This document shows positions 12,365 to 25,389 of a stretch of 64,000 nt of DNA, piece after piece (position 1 is the first letter of the stretch; each line of letters begins with the position of its first letter). Source of the DNA: Octopus sinensis (Eukaryota). Location of the stretch: the NCBI RefSeq assembly GCF_006345805.1, contig NC_043014.1, positions 13,144,001 to 13,208,000 of the forward strand. The letters are read 5' to 3'. The position numbers and the translations under genes are program-made. The notes under the pieces are model-generated. The model was not told the origin of the DNA. It saw only the letters and a list, made by a program, of their open reading frames with translations, and did not search any database.

Positions 12365-12745
12365 CATCATCATCATCGTCATCATTTAGCGTCCGTTTTC
12401 CATGCTAGCATGGGTTGGATGGTTCAACTGGGGTCTGGGAGGCCAGAAGGCTGCACCAGGCCCAGTCTGATCTGGCAATGTTTCTACGGCTGGATGTCCT
12501 TCCTAACGCCAACCACTCCATGAGTGTAGTGGGTGCTTTTTACGTGCCAGACAGGGCTGGCAAACAGCCACGGTCGGATGGTGCTTTTTACATGCCACCG
12601 GCACGGGGGCCAGGTGAGGCTGGCAACAGCCACGATCGGATGGTACTTTTTACGTGCCACCAGCATGGATGCCTGTCGGGGCGGCGCTGGCAACGGCCAC
12701 GTTCGGATGGTTTGTTTACGTGCCACCGGCACTGGTATCACAGTT
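12365..12745 (-). mobile_element. RTE-type 3' tail element with tandem units
   Basis: Reverse complement of the 8070 family, with (CAT)n at its left end. Confidence 0.75.
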
Positions 12746-13603
12746 ACAATTTCCATTGATGAGTATAAAAAAATTAGAGGAGGCAAAATGATAGGTGGGT
12801 GGATTTGTCTTAGCCTACAAGCTTGCATGTCTTGGGTTCAAATTCAACAAAAATATTTTATAAAACTGAGGATATATCTGAGTGGATTGGACTGCCTGTG
12901 CTCAGTCCTCTGCAAGACGAAGGCCTCGGCATGTTTTCTCCACCAACCATGATCTGATGTGGAGGCCATGGATGTGAACTTGAGATCATACCAGCTCAAT
13001 GAGCCTAATCTGCCACAGTGGCTCAACACAGCCAACTATATATGTCCTAATTCACCTAGTTCATAGGAACATCTCTAGGAATAGCAGCACGTCTCTTGGA
13101 ATAGTCTGATACTCAACAGGAAAGGAGATTTATCTGTTTTTTACCACCCAACTAGAGCTAAAACATTGGCCCTTCGGATCTCTACAACATTTGGTCCAGT
13201 AGAGACCGATGTACATCTAGCCATTATTAAAATTTTGGGAGTGATTACTGAGGAGAGACAGACAGAATACAGGTGTTTATAATATTTAAAGCAAAGACTG
13301 GTTGTGAAGTTAGTATCACCATCTTTTAATGCAGGAAGGATTTTAAAAAGCTAGCTTGAAATAATTAAGCAGTGACCTGTGATATTGGTTCTGCACCAAG
13401 TTACAGATGCTCCCTTCTTATTATCACAGTCAGAAATGTGGTAAACCAGTGAGTGAGTTGTTGGAAACCCGAGTTGTTCATCACTTGTAATATAAAATAA
13501 ATTAGATTACTCATCTAACATGTAAACAAATTATCTGAAATAATGATAATGTAACAGTGTCTGGACTGTGATGTGACAACAGATATTACATGAGAATATA
13601 TAG

Positions 13604-13636
<33 letters not shown>

Positions 13637-14485
13637 AGAGAAAGTCTACGTATGCCGCTATATATATATAAAATATACAAAATGTGACAAGAACGCAAAA
13701 CATCCGGACAACTAGGTGATACAAAAAGGGACAACAAAACATCCAGATATCCGATACAAAGAAAACAAGGACGGGTCATTCGAAGTTTTCTATCTTCAGT
13801 CAAGAACCAGATCATCCTTGCAATTTCGGCTGAAATATATATATACACACATACATACATACATAGAGTCAGGCAAAAAAATGTATGCATATTTCAGGAA
13901 AGGAAAAATCTGTATAAATATTCAACTTGTATAAGTACCTCTATAACTATAGATACCTTTCAATGTTTTATCAAATTTCAATAACACTGAATTAAAATAT
14001 TTATACAGATTTGCCTTTTCTGAAAGTGTGTATACATTTTTTTGGGTGGCCTCTGTATATACACACAACACTTTTTTTACATTAAAAGTATGTAAAACAA
14101 AGAGAAAGAGAAAGAAGAGATAGCAATTGAAGAGGAAGATAAGTGATTGTAGTCTGAGAGAAAGATAGGTAGTCACAGATGGAGACAAAGAACTAGGTGG
14201 TCAGAGAGAGAAAGTAGCAAGATGGTCTTCCACAGAGCCAAATGTACCAGAGTACATCAGTCACCTGTGGTCCCTCACCTGCCCAAGTTGGCAATGTCAC
14301 AGTACTTGATATCAACAAGCCTTCCGAGCTAAGCTGTACACTTATGGCTTCTATCAGTCTCCCCATTTCTTGCACACTGCCCCTTTGCATGAAGTGCCAA
14401 TAAAGCCCTCTCTCTCTCTCTAACCTGCACCATCGACTGTGGTGTACCCCAAGGTTTGGTTGAAAATATCTTCTATATACATTAA

Positions 14486-15003
14486 CCCCCTGACAACAGT
14501 TGACGCAAATATGCGATCACACTTTTGCTTGCCTACCTGTGGTTAATGTAAATATACGATGTAGATCTGCCCTACATCTATCATGGACTTATTAGTGGCT
14601 GACGTATGTTTACGTTCGCTATCGTGTACTTTATCTCTTGAGGTGTGCGCGCTCACCATCTCATGCATTATCTTAGCTATTTTGTGTTACGTTCAAGTCA
14701 TGAGACTAGCAGTAGACCAATGACATGCGGATACTTTACATGCATAATGCCGTGTTTTGAGTTGTACCACACGCAAGCTATTTTCTGGACTTGAGCAGAA
14801 TAACTCATGCATATCATATGATAAATAGCTTCACATAATTCGTTTTCATAAACCGGCAGATGTAAATGTACGACGCTATGTTATTGTAACGGTGAACATA
14901 AATAGAAGCAAGCTCGTTGGTACTTGTGTGTTTGTGTGGCCTCATTAGATAAAAAAAACGGAGAAGTGTCTCGCATGCTTCGGGTAATATTGGTGTCAAG
15001 AGG
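14486..15003. mobile_element. piggyBac-like non-autonomous element
   Basis: TTAA|CCCCCTGACAAC ... GGTGTCAAGAGG|TTAA (imperfect 12-bp TIR, TTAA on both sides). Confidence 0.65.
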
Positions 15004-15594
15004 TTAACAATCGACTCATTGTCATTTCTAACAAAACACTCTACAATATCATCCTTTATTTTTCTTTAACCTTTTGCACACATGTAGCATTCACATGCAA
15101 ATTAAAAATAATATTTTATGGCATTTAAGACACTTCTGCTCCCAAAATAGTCCTTATAAAAATTTCAAAAAAAAAAAAAAAAAAAAATCACCCCAGTTCC
15201 TATGTGCAAAGTTGGGCCTCCCATAAGCTTTAATATGCTAAAAGCTTTTTGCCTAAATATGATCTGCTGTAATTGGGCTGCATCTTATATGTCCATGCAT
15301 TTTTTATGCAATCAAACAAGGTGCTTCATGTTGGGCATCCTGTGCCTCCAAGAAGTTTGAAAACATCTTGCAATGAAGACACAACAATCTCTATACTTAT
15401 CAGAGAAAATAGTCTTCTACCTCACCCTCTCTTGTCATAAGCAACCAAAAACTCAAAGTTGTTACAAGCTTCAAAATCTCTGATGTTCTTTAACCATTGC
15501 CAGCCATGATCGAGGAGACGTCTGATCAAAAACCATACCAGCCAAGATCATCCTGCTTTTTTCTATGAGCTAGGAACCCAATATATCTAGCCTC

Positions 15595-15813
15595 GCAGAC
15601 ACGTTAGCACTCCAGGCGAAATGCTTAGCAGTATTTTGTCTGTCGTTACATTCTGAGCTCAAATTCCGCCGAGGTCGACTTTGGCCTTCATCCTTTCGGG
15701 GTCGATAAATAAAGTACCAGTTTCGCACTGGGGGTCAATGTAATCGACTTAATCCCTTTGTCTGTCCTTGTTTGTCCCCTCTAAGTTTAGCCCCTTGTGG
15801 GCAATAAAGAAAT
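15595..15813 (+). mobile_element. SINE family A, slightly 5'-truncated
   Basis: 14-bp TSD ATATATCTAGCCTC (15581-15594 and 15814-15827). Confidence 0.9.
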
Positions 15814-16822
15814 ATATATCTAGCCTCATTTATCACCTGATCCAGGATAATGTTATACTAAATTATGAACCATGTTATGCTTATCACGGATTGATCTGTG
15901 ATAATAAAGGTTGGCAATCAGCCAAAGATTCTGCTTGGATAGCAAAAGGACACCTGAATGACCACCAACCATGCTCAGTTAGCCAGAACATTCTGATGAA
16001 CAGTCATATTTACATCACCTTGTTGTGACATTACATATTTTGTATAGTTTTATGTATACCATAAGTCCTTAAGTATAATACACAGGGGATTTTAAGGGGG
16101 CTGTACCTCTGAAAAACCTAAACCTTGTGTATAATACGCACCCCTTCTCTAACTTGAGCCGTGTGTAATTAAGCCAGCAGCACCAAGTCGAACAAACACT
16201 TCCGTGCATGCGTAATGCAATAATTGTGATGTTCTTAACTGTTATATGGGAATGTAAATATGTTTGCAAATTTTTTTTGTTACATGTTATTCTGTGTTCT
16301 GAATAATTTTATTTTAATAAATGTTGTTATTGCAAATTATAGAGGATCCTTCATTGCTTTCAGGCTTAGCTTAAGGTATTTTCGCACCCGACATCACAAA
16401 ATGCGTCTGAATAAACATTGCTGGACAGCAAATAGAGACTCAGACATTGCTTAGAAAATGTTTTTCATTTTTAACCTTGTATATAGTATGCACTAGGGAT
16501 TTTGACATTTAAATTTTGGGGAAAAAATGCAGATTATACTCGAAGGTTTACGATACTCATCAACATACCACTAGTGAACAGGAAAAAATATTAATCATTT
16601 ATCACCCATTCATTTAACAGTATTTATTTGGAACCAAATGCCTGTGATAAAGGAGGATAGATGCACTGTGTTAATCAACATGTCCATTTTTATGATGGCA
16701 GGATGTGATATGCACTCCACTTATTGGCACATACAGTGACCATACAAAGCCTCCTTCACTGGTTTGCACAGTAACCACACAAGAGACTCCACAGTTAATA
16801 TATATAACGTCATGAAAACTAC

Positions 16823-17212
16823 TAGGAGTGGCTGTGAGGTAAGTAGCTTGCTTACCAACCACATGGTTCTGGATTCAGTCCCACTGCGTGGCATCTTAGG
16901 CAAGTGTCTTCTACTACAGCCTCGGGCCGACCAAAGCCTTGTGAGTGGATTTGGTAGATGGAAACTGAAAGAAGCCCGTTGTATATATATATATGTATGT
17001 GTGTCTGTGTTTGTCTCTCTCACCTCCAACATTGCTTGACAACCGATGCTGGTGTGTTTACGTCCCTGTAACTCAGCAGTTCAGCAAAAGAGACCGATAG
17101 AATAAGTACTAGGGCTTACAAGGAATAAGTCCTGGGGTTGATTTTCTCGACTAAAGGCGGTGCTCCAGCATGGCCACAGTCAAATGATTGAAACAAGTAA
17201 AAGAGTAAAGAG
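16823..17212 (+). mobile_element. SINE family C
   Basis: Full head to aaaagag tail, as at 1430. Confidence 0.85.
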
Positions 17213-17495
17213 AGAATTCCTCTTCATAATCAGGAAATATAAATCTCATCTAAGTTCCATTCTTACATGCATAGCAACCTTAAAAATGCACTCAGTCCAA
17301 GTGCTAAAGTATTTAGTATTTGAAAGGCTGTCCGGCCATAGAAACTATACCAAAGCAGACATTGGAGCTCAATACAGTCCTTGGACTCATCAGATCTTGT
17401 CAAATTGTCCAACTCATGGCAGCATGGAACATGGACGTTAAATGATGGTTGCTCACATCTAAGGTGCTACATAATAGTAAGAAACTCTCAAGAGA

Positions 17496-17713
17496 AAGGC
17501 AGCAAGCTGGCAGAAACGTTAGCACGCTGGGTGAAATGCTTAGTGGTATTTCGTCTGCCGCTACGTTCTGAGTTCAAATTCCACCGAGGTCAACTTTATC
17601 TTTCATCCTTTCGGGGTTGATAAATTAAGTACCAGTTACGCACTGGGGTCGATGTAATCAACTTAAACCGTTTGTCCCCTCTGTGTGTAGCCCCTTGTGG
17701 GCAGTAAAGAAAT
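17496..17713 (+). mobile_element. SINE family A
   Basis: 17-bp TSD AAGAAACTCTCAAGAGA (17479-17495 and 17714-17730). Confidence 0.9.
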
Positions 17714-18757
17714 AAGAAACTCTCAAGAGAGCTAAACAGAAGGTCTTCAGGAAAGAAATCCCCTGCAGGCAAGTGTTTTGGTTCATAACTTCTTACACTC
17801 TAAAGGGATCAAGCTGCATCTGGGTCATGACTCTTGGGTGCCCTTCTACTGATACTTTTTAGCTGCATAAACAAAAGACCATTCATCTGATAGGCAAAGA
17901 TTCCATTGCCAATCACTAGGAAGGGACAAATGCATTCCAACAATAATGGTTTTCTTAAATAATAAAATGTTTCATCATAAGGTCCCAGTGGGGCCTTACT
18001 TCACAAAGAAACACCAAGTACATATAGACAACATCTACATAGCCAACACTATATTGGTACTCCAGTATTCACCCTATTCTATTGGTATTTGTTTTCTCAA
18101 CTTCAGAGTAAAAATTATCCTCATACAGTTGTAAAAACCATGCCAAAACAGACAGAGAGCCTGAACAGCCCTTTAGCTGGTCAGCTCATGTCAAACTGTC
18201 CAACCCATGCCAGCATGGACAATGGACATCAAACAATGATGATGACAGAACTGGAACAATAATACTGTGAAACAACTGGTCAAATCTAATAATTGTTCCA
18301 CAAATCCACTACCCTCACTTGTCAAAGAAAGTTTTTGATTTTGGCAAAATACTTGACTGATTTTGTTTTCTTATGGCAAGGGTTTGAATAGGTTTGCAGT
18401 TGGGAAAAATTTTAGGTTAGAAGAATGGGATGTTGTAGCAAATTCTTTTCATGATTCTATTCTATGAATAGAATCATGCAGTGACATAGTTTTATCCACC
18501 AAAATTTTGCCATTGGACAGGGATGGGAAAGGAGAGATTCACAACTATTCCCATTAACTCCTATGCCAAGAAAAATTCATTTAGCTTTAACAAACGGTAA
18601 AATTGTTCCTAAGTTTTATCATTACACTTCAATTACTGTAAGACTCCTAACGATTAAAACATACTTCTAGCATTGTGTATAAGTGTGTGTGTCAGTAATA
18701 CAGGTCTTCTGTGCAAATACTGAGTATTTTTTTTAAACATGGTTTTCTCTAGGTGCA

Positions 18758-19135
18758 GAAGTGGCTGTGTGGTAAGTAGCTTGCTTACGAACCACATGGT
18801 CCCGGGCTTCAGTCCCACTGCATGGGTAAGTGTCTTCTACTATAGCCTCGGGCCAATCAAAGCCTTGTGAGTGGATTTGGTAGATGGAAACTGAAAGAAG
18901 CCAGTAATATATATATATATATATATATATATCTATGTTTGTCCCCCAACATCGCTTGACAACCGATGCTGGTGTGTTTTACGTCCCTGTAACTTAACGG
19001 CTCGGCAAAAGAGACTGGTAGAATAAGTACTAGGCTTACAAAGAATAAGTCCTGGGGTCGATTTGCTTGACTAAAGGCAGTGCTCCAGCATGGCCACAGT
19101 CAAGTGACTGAAACAAGTAAAAGAGTAAAAAGAGT
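18758..19135 (+). mobile_element. SINE family C
   Basis: Same family as 1430 and 16823. Confidence 0.85.
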
Positions 19136-19419
19136 ATGGTTTTTAACCAAGGATACATGTGAAATATATTTTGGGTCTTGTTGAATCTGGAGTAATGAGC
19201 AGTATTCATTCATGGTCCTACAAGACTTTTGAGATTGATGCCATGCCGTAAATATTCCTCTTGAATGAATGCAAGTCAACAACAGGTGGTATGGACATGA
19301 GCAGGGAAGAAGCTCCAGAGGACCAACATATAGATGATGCCAGGCAGATGTATTGAAAGTATACATATGTAAATAAACAGATAGATGTATTAAAAGCGAG
19401 TGTGTGTGTGTGTGGATGG

Positions 19420-20010
19420 ATTCGCTGACGGCGGGGAAGTGGTGAGAGGACTTGGAACATTCCCGATGTGAATTTTCCGAGTCTTCTCCTCCCACCCCTC
19501 GTTCGCCAGAGCGCCTTTTTTTTCATATTCGTTTACTACATGTTGTACACCTACTGCACTTTTTTTTTTGCTCGGGTCAAACACTGGAGTTTAAAGGTCA
19601 AGGTCTGAATTTTCCCAGTCCTCTCCCCCCCCCGTTCGCAGAGCGCCTTTTTTTTCATATTCGTTTACTAAATGTTGTTGTATACCTACTGCACTTTTTT
19701 TTTGCTCGGGCCAAACACTGGAGTTTAAAGGTCAAGGTCTGAATTATCCGAGTACGCAACCCACGTCACAAACATGGGAAAAAAATAGTGTACTAGGTGT
19801 AAAATAATGTGTAGTAAACGAATATGAAGAAAAATAAATTCACCGACGGACGGGGAAGTGGTGAGAGGACTCGGAACATTCCCGATGTGAATTTTCTAAT
19901 CCTCTCCCCCGCCTCCCGCGGATTTTGTTCCATATTCGTTTATTACATGTTGTTGTACACCTATCGCACTATTTTTTTTTTGTTGCTCGGGTCAAACACT
20001 TTAGTTTGAC
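19420..20010. repeat. Unclassified nested direct and inverted repeat
   Basis: The module catattcgtttacta..tgttgtacaccta..cact(t)n gctcggg(t/c)caaacact occurs three times directly and once partly inverted (~19775-19835). The head ggggaagtggtgagaggac..ggaacattcccgatgtgaatttt occurs twice. Confidence 0.8.
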
Positions 20011-22045
20011 CCTCCGCCTCTCTCTCTCTCTCTCGATAGACAGACAAATGTATGGAAAGATAGACATTGCTATATGGACAGACAGCTGTAGATTTGCCAG
20101 TGTTTCTGATATATATTTACACCGGTTAAGATGAACACTCATCTATATAACCTAGCAGTCTGGCAACTGGTTTCAATAAAATAAGTAGATTTGAGGGAGA
20201 CTTAGTTGCTATTTCTAGCAGGTAGAATGACGTAGCCACGAAACCCTCGTTGGCTCAGTACAGATATGCTCTGCCGCATCTTGGGTCGTCACCTCCTGAA
20301 AGAGCAGTGATCACGCCCAAGTGACATACGGCGTGTTCTGGGAATCTAAACCTGAACGAAATCTAACCAGAGCTAACTTTATCTAGAGATTGAAAGAGAT
20401 TAACCGATCCAAAAGTGCGCCTGACACATGAGCTTCCACTACTAGACTGGTACTCTATCTCCGAAAATACGACAGGTTGAAGTGACCTTAAAGCGTAGTG
20501 ACCCGGAACGAATACGCCCAAGGTTTTGTCTCCGACGCTTTAACGACCATCAATCCGCCGCCAAATACGAGTGGTACACATACATAAACGAATATTTTTG
20601 AAATATAAAATGTCATACATAGATTCGATGAGAAAAATAACTTTACTGAGGGCTTACGTGCTAATCCAGTATTAATTTATGCAGATAAAAAAAGCTTATT
20701 AAGTACAGCACTTATACTAATCACACAAAATTATAATATATATCTTTTACTTGTTTCAGTCATTATACTGTGGCCATGCTGGGATAAAATAATAAGGGCG
20801 ATCTTTTCATTTGTCTTGCTCGCTTACGTTCTGACGTTTGCTAAATTCCCTGAGAACAATCCTTTCTTAGTGTTAAGACCATAGGGGGTCTACTTCTAGC
20901 ATAATGGATGTCCACTTAGTGGTCATCCATGTTATATGTATGTAATATATATATAAATATAACATTAAAATAAACTAAATGAAATAAAATAGAACTGCAT
21001 ATGAACAAGCGGCAACTGCAGTCGACCTTCAAACTAGTGTCAGTACACTTTTAAATATACAGAATCCGCAGCTAGTTGAGACTAAAAATAACCAGCTGTA
21101 ATCGTTGTTGATACACGATAAACTCAGTCACGTTTTTCTTTTCTCGTTTATTTATTTTTCGTTAATAATCATTTCGATTAGGCAAGGTTTAAATTTTTTA
21201 ATTTATATAAACAGCAATCTATTCGAAATATATATATGGGATTCAGTTTTTTTAATAACCGGGTGGTTATTAGCTGAAATTCCGTCGAGGTCCACTATGC
21301 CTTCTGGGTCGATAAAATAAGTATTACTCAAGCACTAGAATCGATGCTGGTTTTGTCTCGCATCATTTTGGGGTCGATGAATTAAGTACCAAGTCGAGCA
21401 ATGAGGTCGATGTAATCGACTTATTCCTCTCCTCAAACATTGCTTGACCGTATTCCAAAATTTGAAACCAATTATTATTATTATTTGTATTTTGAAAACA
21501 AAAATCAACAAATATCCGTTTGGCGGACACACAAAACGATTTTTTTTTGGCAAGCCAAAACACTTTCTGCGGTTAATAATATTTTTGCGAAATATATAGA
21601 CGTCATATAATTTTCATATGTGAATATGAGGCCTGGATCTATTACAAATATTTATTGTATAGTGTTTAACTTTTTCGTTTTGGCTACACTTTCTTCTCGC
21701 CATAGACAGATTACCAGCTGGCAATTAAAATGCAAGTTGCTACTAAGAAATTATTTCCGGAAATTCATAATTTCTTCTTAATAGTTAATTTCTCAAGAAA
21801 AACTAGTTTCACTGATTCCTGTGTGTAAAGAAAAAAAAAACAGTTTCTTGTGCCCCCTCCTCCTTTTTAATAAAAGTTTTGAAACCAATCCTTTACGACT
21901 TTAATTAACCACGTTAAATACATAATAGTCTATATTTATATATATTTACAGGTCATACTTATATTTGTGGGGAAATAATGGTAAATGAAGAGAGATGAAT
22001 AAACATTTAACCATATTCGAATTAAATTTAATTTGCCAAAATATT

Positions 22046-22107
22046 TTCGTCGCTTTGAGACCGCGACCTGTCCGTCAGTGAACAGGTCGCGGTCTCAAAG
22101 CGACGAA
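22046..22107. other. Perfect 26-bp inverted repeat with a 10-nt loop
   Basis: TTCGTCGCTTTGAGACCGCGACCTGT (22046-22071), loop ccgtcagtga, ACAGGTCGCGGTCTCAAAGCGACGAA (22082-22107). Confidence 0.95.
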
Positions 22108-23684
22108 CATATTCGAATTCGATCTTGTCAACTATACTATCACCGTTGCTTCCACATTAACAGTGAAAAATCTGATTTTCACGGTTGGAATATCTTCGAT
22201 TATAGATCGCGACAGGAACAAACATAAATTATATTTCGGTTTTAGAATACAAAAAAACGTGAAATTAATATCGGTCCTACTTTGTAATAAAGGTTTATAA
22301 CAAAATATTAAAAACCTTCCTCCAAGTAAACGAAGAAGCAAAATGTAAACGTATAAGTTAGCCATCAATTAAGGCAAACCTTTTATTTGTTTTGTTTTTA
22401 GAACCTAAAGCATGAGGTGAGCTGTGGCAGAAGTAGATGTCTCACCTCATGGTAACTTGATATAGTAAAATGAAGTTTATATAAAAAACGAATGAAGCTT
22501 GAAATTTTGCTTATCAGTCGAACTGGTTGCCGTTCATAACGATTATTATATCTTTAACGAGGACATCAACGTACAAAAGGAAGTCTTTCCGGGACTTTCA
22601 CGCCATAATCAAAGCGAAACGGTTTAAACAAATAACCGAAACCAGATTGGGGTCTCGTATTTGGAACGACTGGGAGAAGTGTGTGTGTGTACTAGGGCTT
22701 CTCATTTCCTTACATTGTCGAAAGCTGTTTTCAACAAGAAGAAACTTAGAGGTCGAGATGGTAATAGTGGATAAGAAATGCAGTAATACCATAACAGTTC
22801 ATTTCCTACATCAAGTCTTTTATAATTACTATCAAATCAAAGATGCTCGGGTAAGATTAAAGTGGAAGGTAAAGCTAGCTTCGACAGGATTTTCATTTAG
22901 AATGCAAAAGGACGTAAAAAGATATAGAGTGTAAAAGACAGGAGTTAAATTTAAAATGCAAAAGACTGACTAAATACCACAGGTATTTTGGAAGGATGCT
23001 GAAACGAATCTGTCAAGCTATTGCTTCGTTTGGTCTGAGTAAATAAACATATATGCTTAGTCGAAATAATGATGAAGCAAAGAGTTTTGATAAAAGTAGA
23101 TGAATTAACGAATACTTCGAATTAACTTTCTTAATAACTAAAAGTACAAAAGACAAACAATACAATCGGTTTTTAAAATGTTATCAATTAATTACTGTCT
23201 GAATAGAGAATGAATAAATAAAAAAAAAGCACTTACAATAATAATACACCGTCATAGATGGTAAAGATTTGATGAATGACATATATTTTGTGTGCGCGAA
23301 TATTTTTTTTTTGTAGAGGATGGAGTAAAGGGGAGCAAATTAATTAGACCGACTGAACTTTCTTTTTAAAAACCAGCGAACGTCGACCGCTGCTGCTTTA
23401 AGTAACAACGTCAGCAGCTGCTGTCAATCATTCAAACTTTGACACCGCCTATACAGTGAGCTTAGGGTGGAGCTATACCAGCAAACACCTGCCCTTTTTT
23501 AATGATATGGTGCCAACGTAGAGATGCGCTTGAAATACACACACACATACACACATGTATACATACATACATACATACATACATACATACATACATACAT
23601 ACATACATACATACATACATACATACATACATACATACGTACGTACATACATATATACATACACACATAATTCTTTTACTTGTT

Positions 23685-24123
23685 CCAGTCAGTTGACTGC
23701 GGCCCTGCTGGAGCGCCGCCTTGAAGGATTTTAGTCGAACAAATGGCCCCTAGGGCCTACTTTTTAAGCATAGTACTTATTCTATCGGTCTCTTTTGCTG
23801 ACCCACAAGTGTCTTCTATAGCATCGGGCCGACCAAAGCCTTTTGAGTGGATTTGGTAGGCGGAAACTGAAAGAAGCCCGTCGTATATATATATATGTAT
23901 ATGTGTGTATATGTTTGTGTATCTGTGTTTGTCCCCCCCCCCCGTCAACATCGCTTGACAACCGATGCTGGTGTGTTTACGTCCCCGTAACTTAGCCGTT
24001 CGGCAAAAGAGACCGATAGAATAAGTACTAGGCTTACAAAGAATAAGTCCTGGTGTCAATTTGCTCGACTAATGGCGTTGCTCCAGCATGGCCACAGTCA
24101 CATGACTGAAACGAGTAAAAGAG
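23685..24123. mobile_element. SINE family C with an inverted 3' fragment joined to its 5' side
   Basis: 23685-23801 is a minus-strand 3' end. 23802-24123 is a 5'-truncated plus-strand copy. Confidence 0.7.
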
Positions 24124-24204
<81 letters not shown>

Positions 24205-24599
24205 TGCAAACTCGAGTTCGAGTATTGCCATCGCCTGATCGAAAGTCCCACACATGCGACGATCGCATCTTTTAAGGCTACGACCAGCCATTTTTGTGAT
24301 ACGTCTTAATTTTTCAAGCGATGCCTGCGCATGATGGTTTTTTTTTTTTATAATGGGAAAGCGATTTGCAGAAATCCAATCCCACTCTATGAACATGGTC
24401 AACATAAACTCGAAAAGGAGAACTAGTCTACATCATCGAATATTGACAGTGTCGCAGGTTTTCCCTCGGAGTTACTCTCTCCTAGAGAGATGTTGTGACA
24501 ACAACATAGGGAGCTCCTACTCCCAGTGAGTCAATTGCGCGCCTGGACACCAACCCAGGCATTTTCACGTCACCGCGCATACATACATGTGTACACATA

Positions 24600-25005
24600 T
24601 TTATTTCTTTATTGCCCATAAGGGGCTAAACATAGAGAGGACAAACAAGGACAGACAAACGGATTAAGTCGATTATATCGACCCCAGTGCGTAACTGGTA
24701 CTTAATTTATCGACCCCGAAAGGATGAAAGGCAAAGTCGACCTCGGCGGAATTTGAACTCAGAACGTAAAGACAGACGAAATTCCTATTTCTTTACTACT
24801 CACAAGGGGCTAAACACAGAGGAGACAAACGGATTAAGTCGATTATATCGACCCAAGTGCATAACTGGTACTTATTTATCGACCCCGAAAGGATGAAAGG
24901 CAAAGTCGACCTCGGCGGAATTTGAACTCAGAAGGTAACGGCAGACGAAATACGGCTACGCATTTCGCCCGACGTGTTAACGTTTTTGCCAGCTCGCCGC
25001 CCTAA
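24600..25005 (-). mobile_element. Dimeric SINE family A
   Basis: A full monomer followed by a second monomer restarting at (t/a)atttcgtctg; 10-bp TSD TGTACACATA (24590-24599 and 25006-25015). Confidence 0.85.
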
Positions 25006-25049
25006 TGTACACATAGATTGTTGGATGGCTGTTGACTGCTCGAGTTCTT

Positions 25050-25370
25050 CCGCCCTTTGACATGTAAACCTGTCGGTGACATGGAACTAAGTTCGGTTAT
25101 GAAATATTGTTCTCTCCGCTTCCTTGAGAAAATAAATCCGTGAAGTGCAGCGAGCCGAACACCGATAAGTGAGTGATGGAATGGCCTGTTATGTTGCAGT
25201 GGGTGGCATACGTGGAAATACGCTTTGAATGAGCTCCCAAAAGCGATCTGTAAGGTGTCAGCCTATTCTCCCAATGTAAAGAGCGCTGCAAACTTTGCAT
25301 ATGATAAAGGTTGGACGATATGCAACAGAATTTCTGGGTATTGTAATATTGTGATTAAGGCCCAATGATG
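25050..25370 (-). pseudogene. Penelope-like element GIY-YIG endonuclease remnant
   Basis: Minus strand reads FIICKVCSALYIGRIG*HLTDRFWE, then after a frameshift YATHCNITGHSITHLSVFG, matching the PLE C..C..LYIGET.R.L..RF.EH...A.HFN..GHS pattern. Confidence 0.7.
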
Positions 25371-25389
25371 GTTGTACTGGAGTTAATGT

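Noticed and set aside
12870-13290. Unique, moderately GC-rich stretch that could be a decayed coding sequence
   Set aside because: All frames contain stops and I recognise no motif; it needs BLASTx.
13770-13830. Minus-strand CTGAAGA...CGAAT and CCGAAAT...ATC hammerhead-like words in a (TA)n-flanked unit
   Set aside because: It has GAAU instead of GAAA and stems I and II do not pair. The upstream half is truncated by (TA)n.
14090-14480. Possible solo LTR (TG start, AATAAA, CA end)
   Set aside because: There is no TSD, second LTR, PBS or PPT.
24200-24405. Protein-like minus-strand ORF (HHAQASLEKLRRITKMAGRSLKRC...)
   Set aside because: It contains a homopolymer run, ends in (TA)n, and has no splice signals or recognisable motif.
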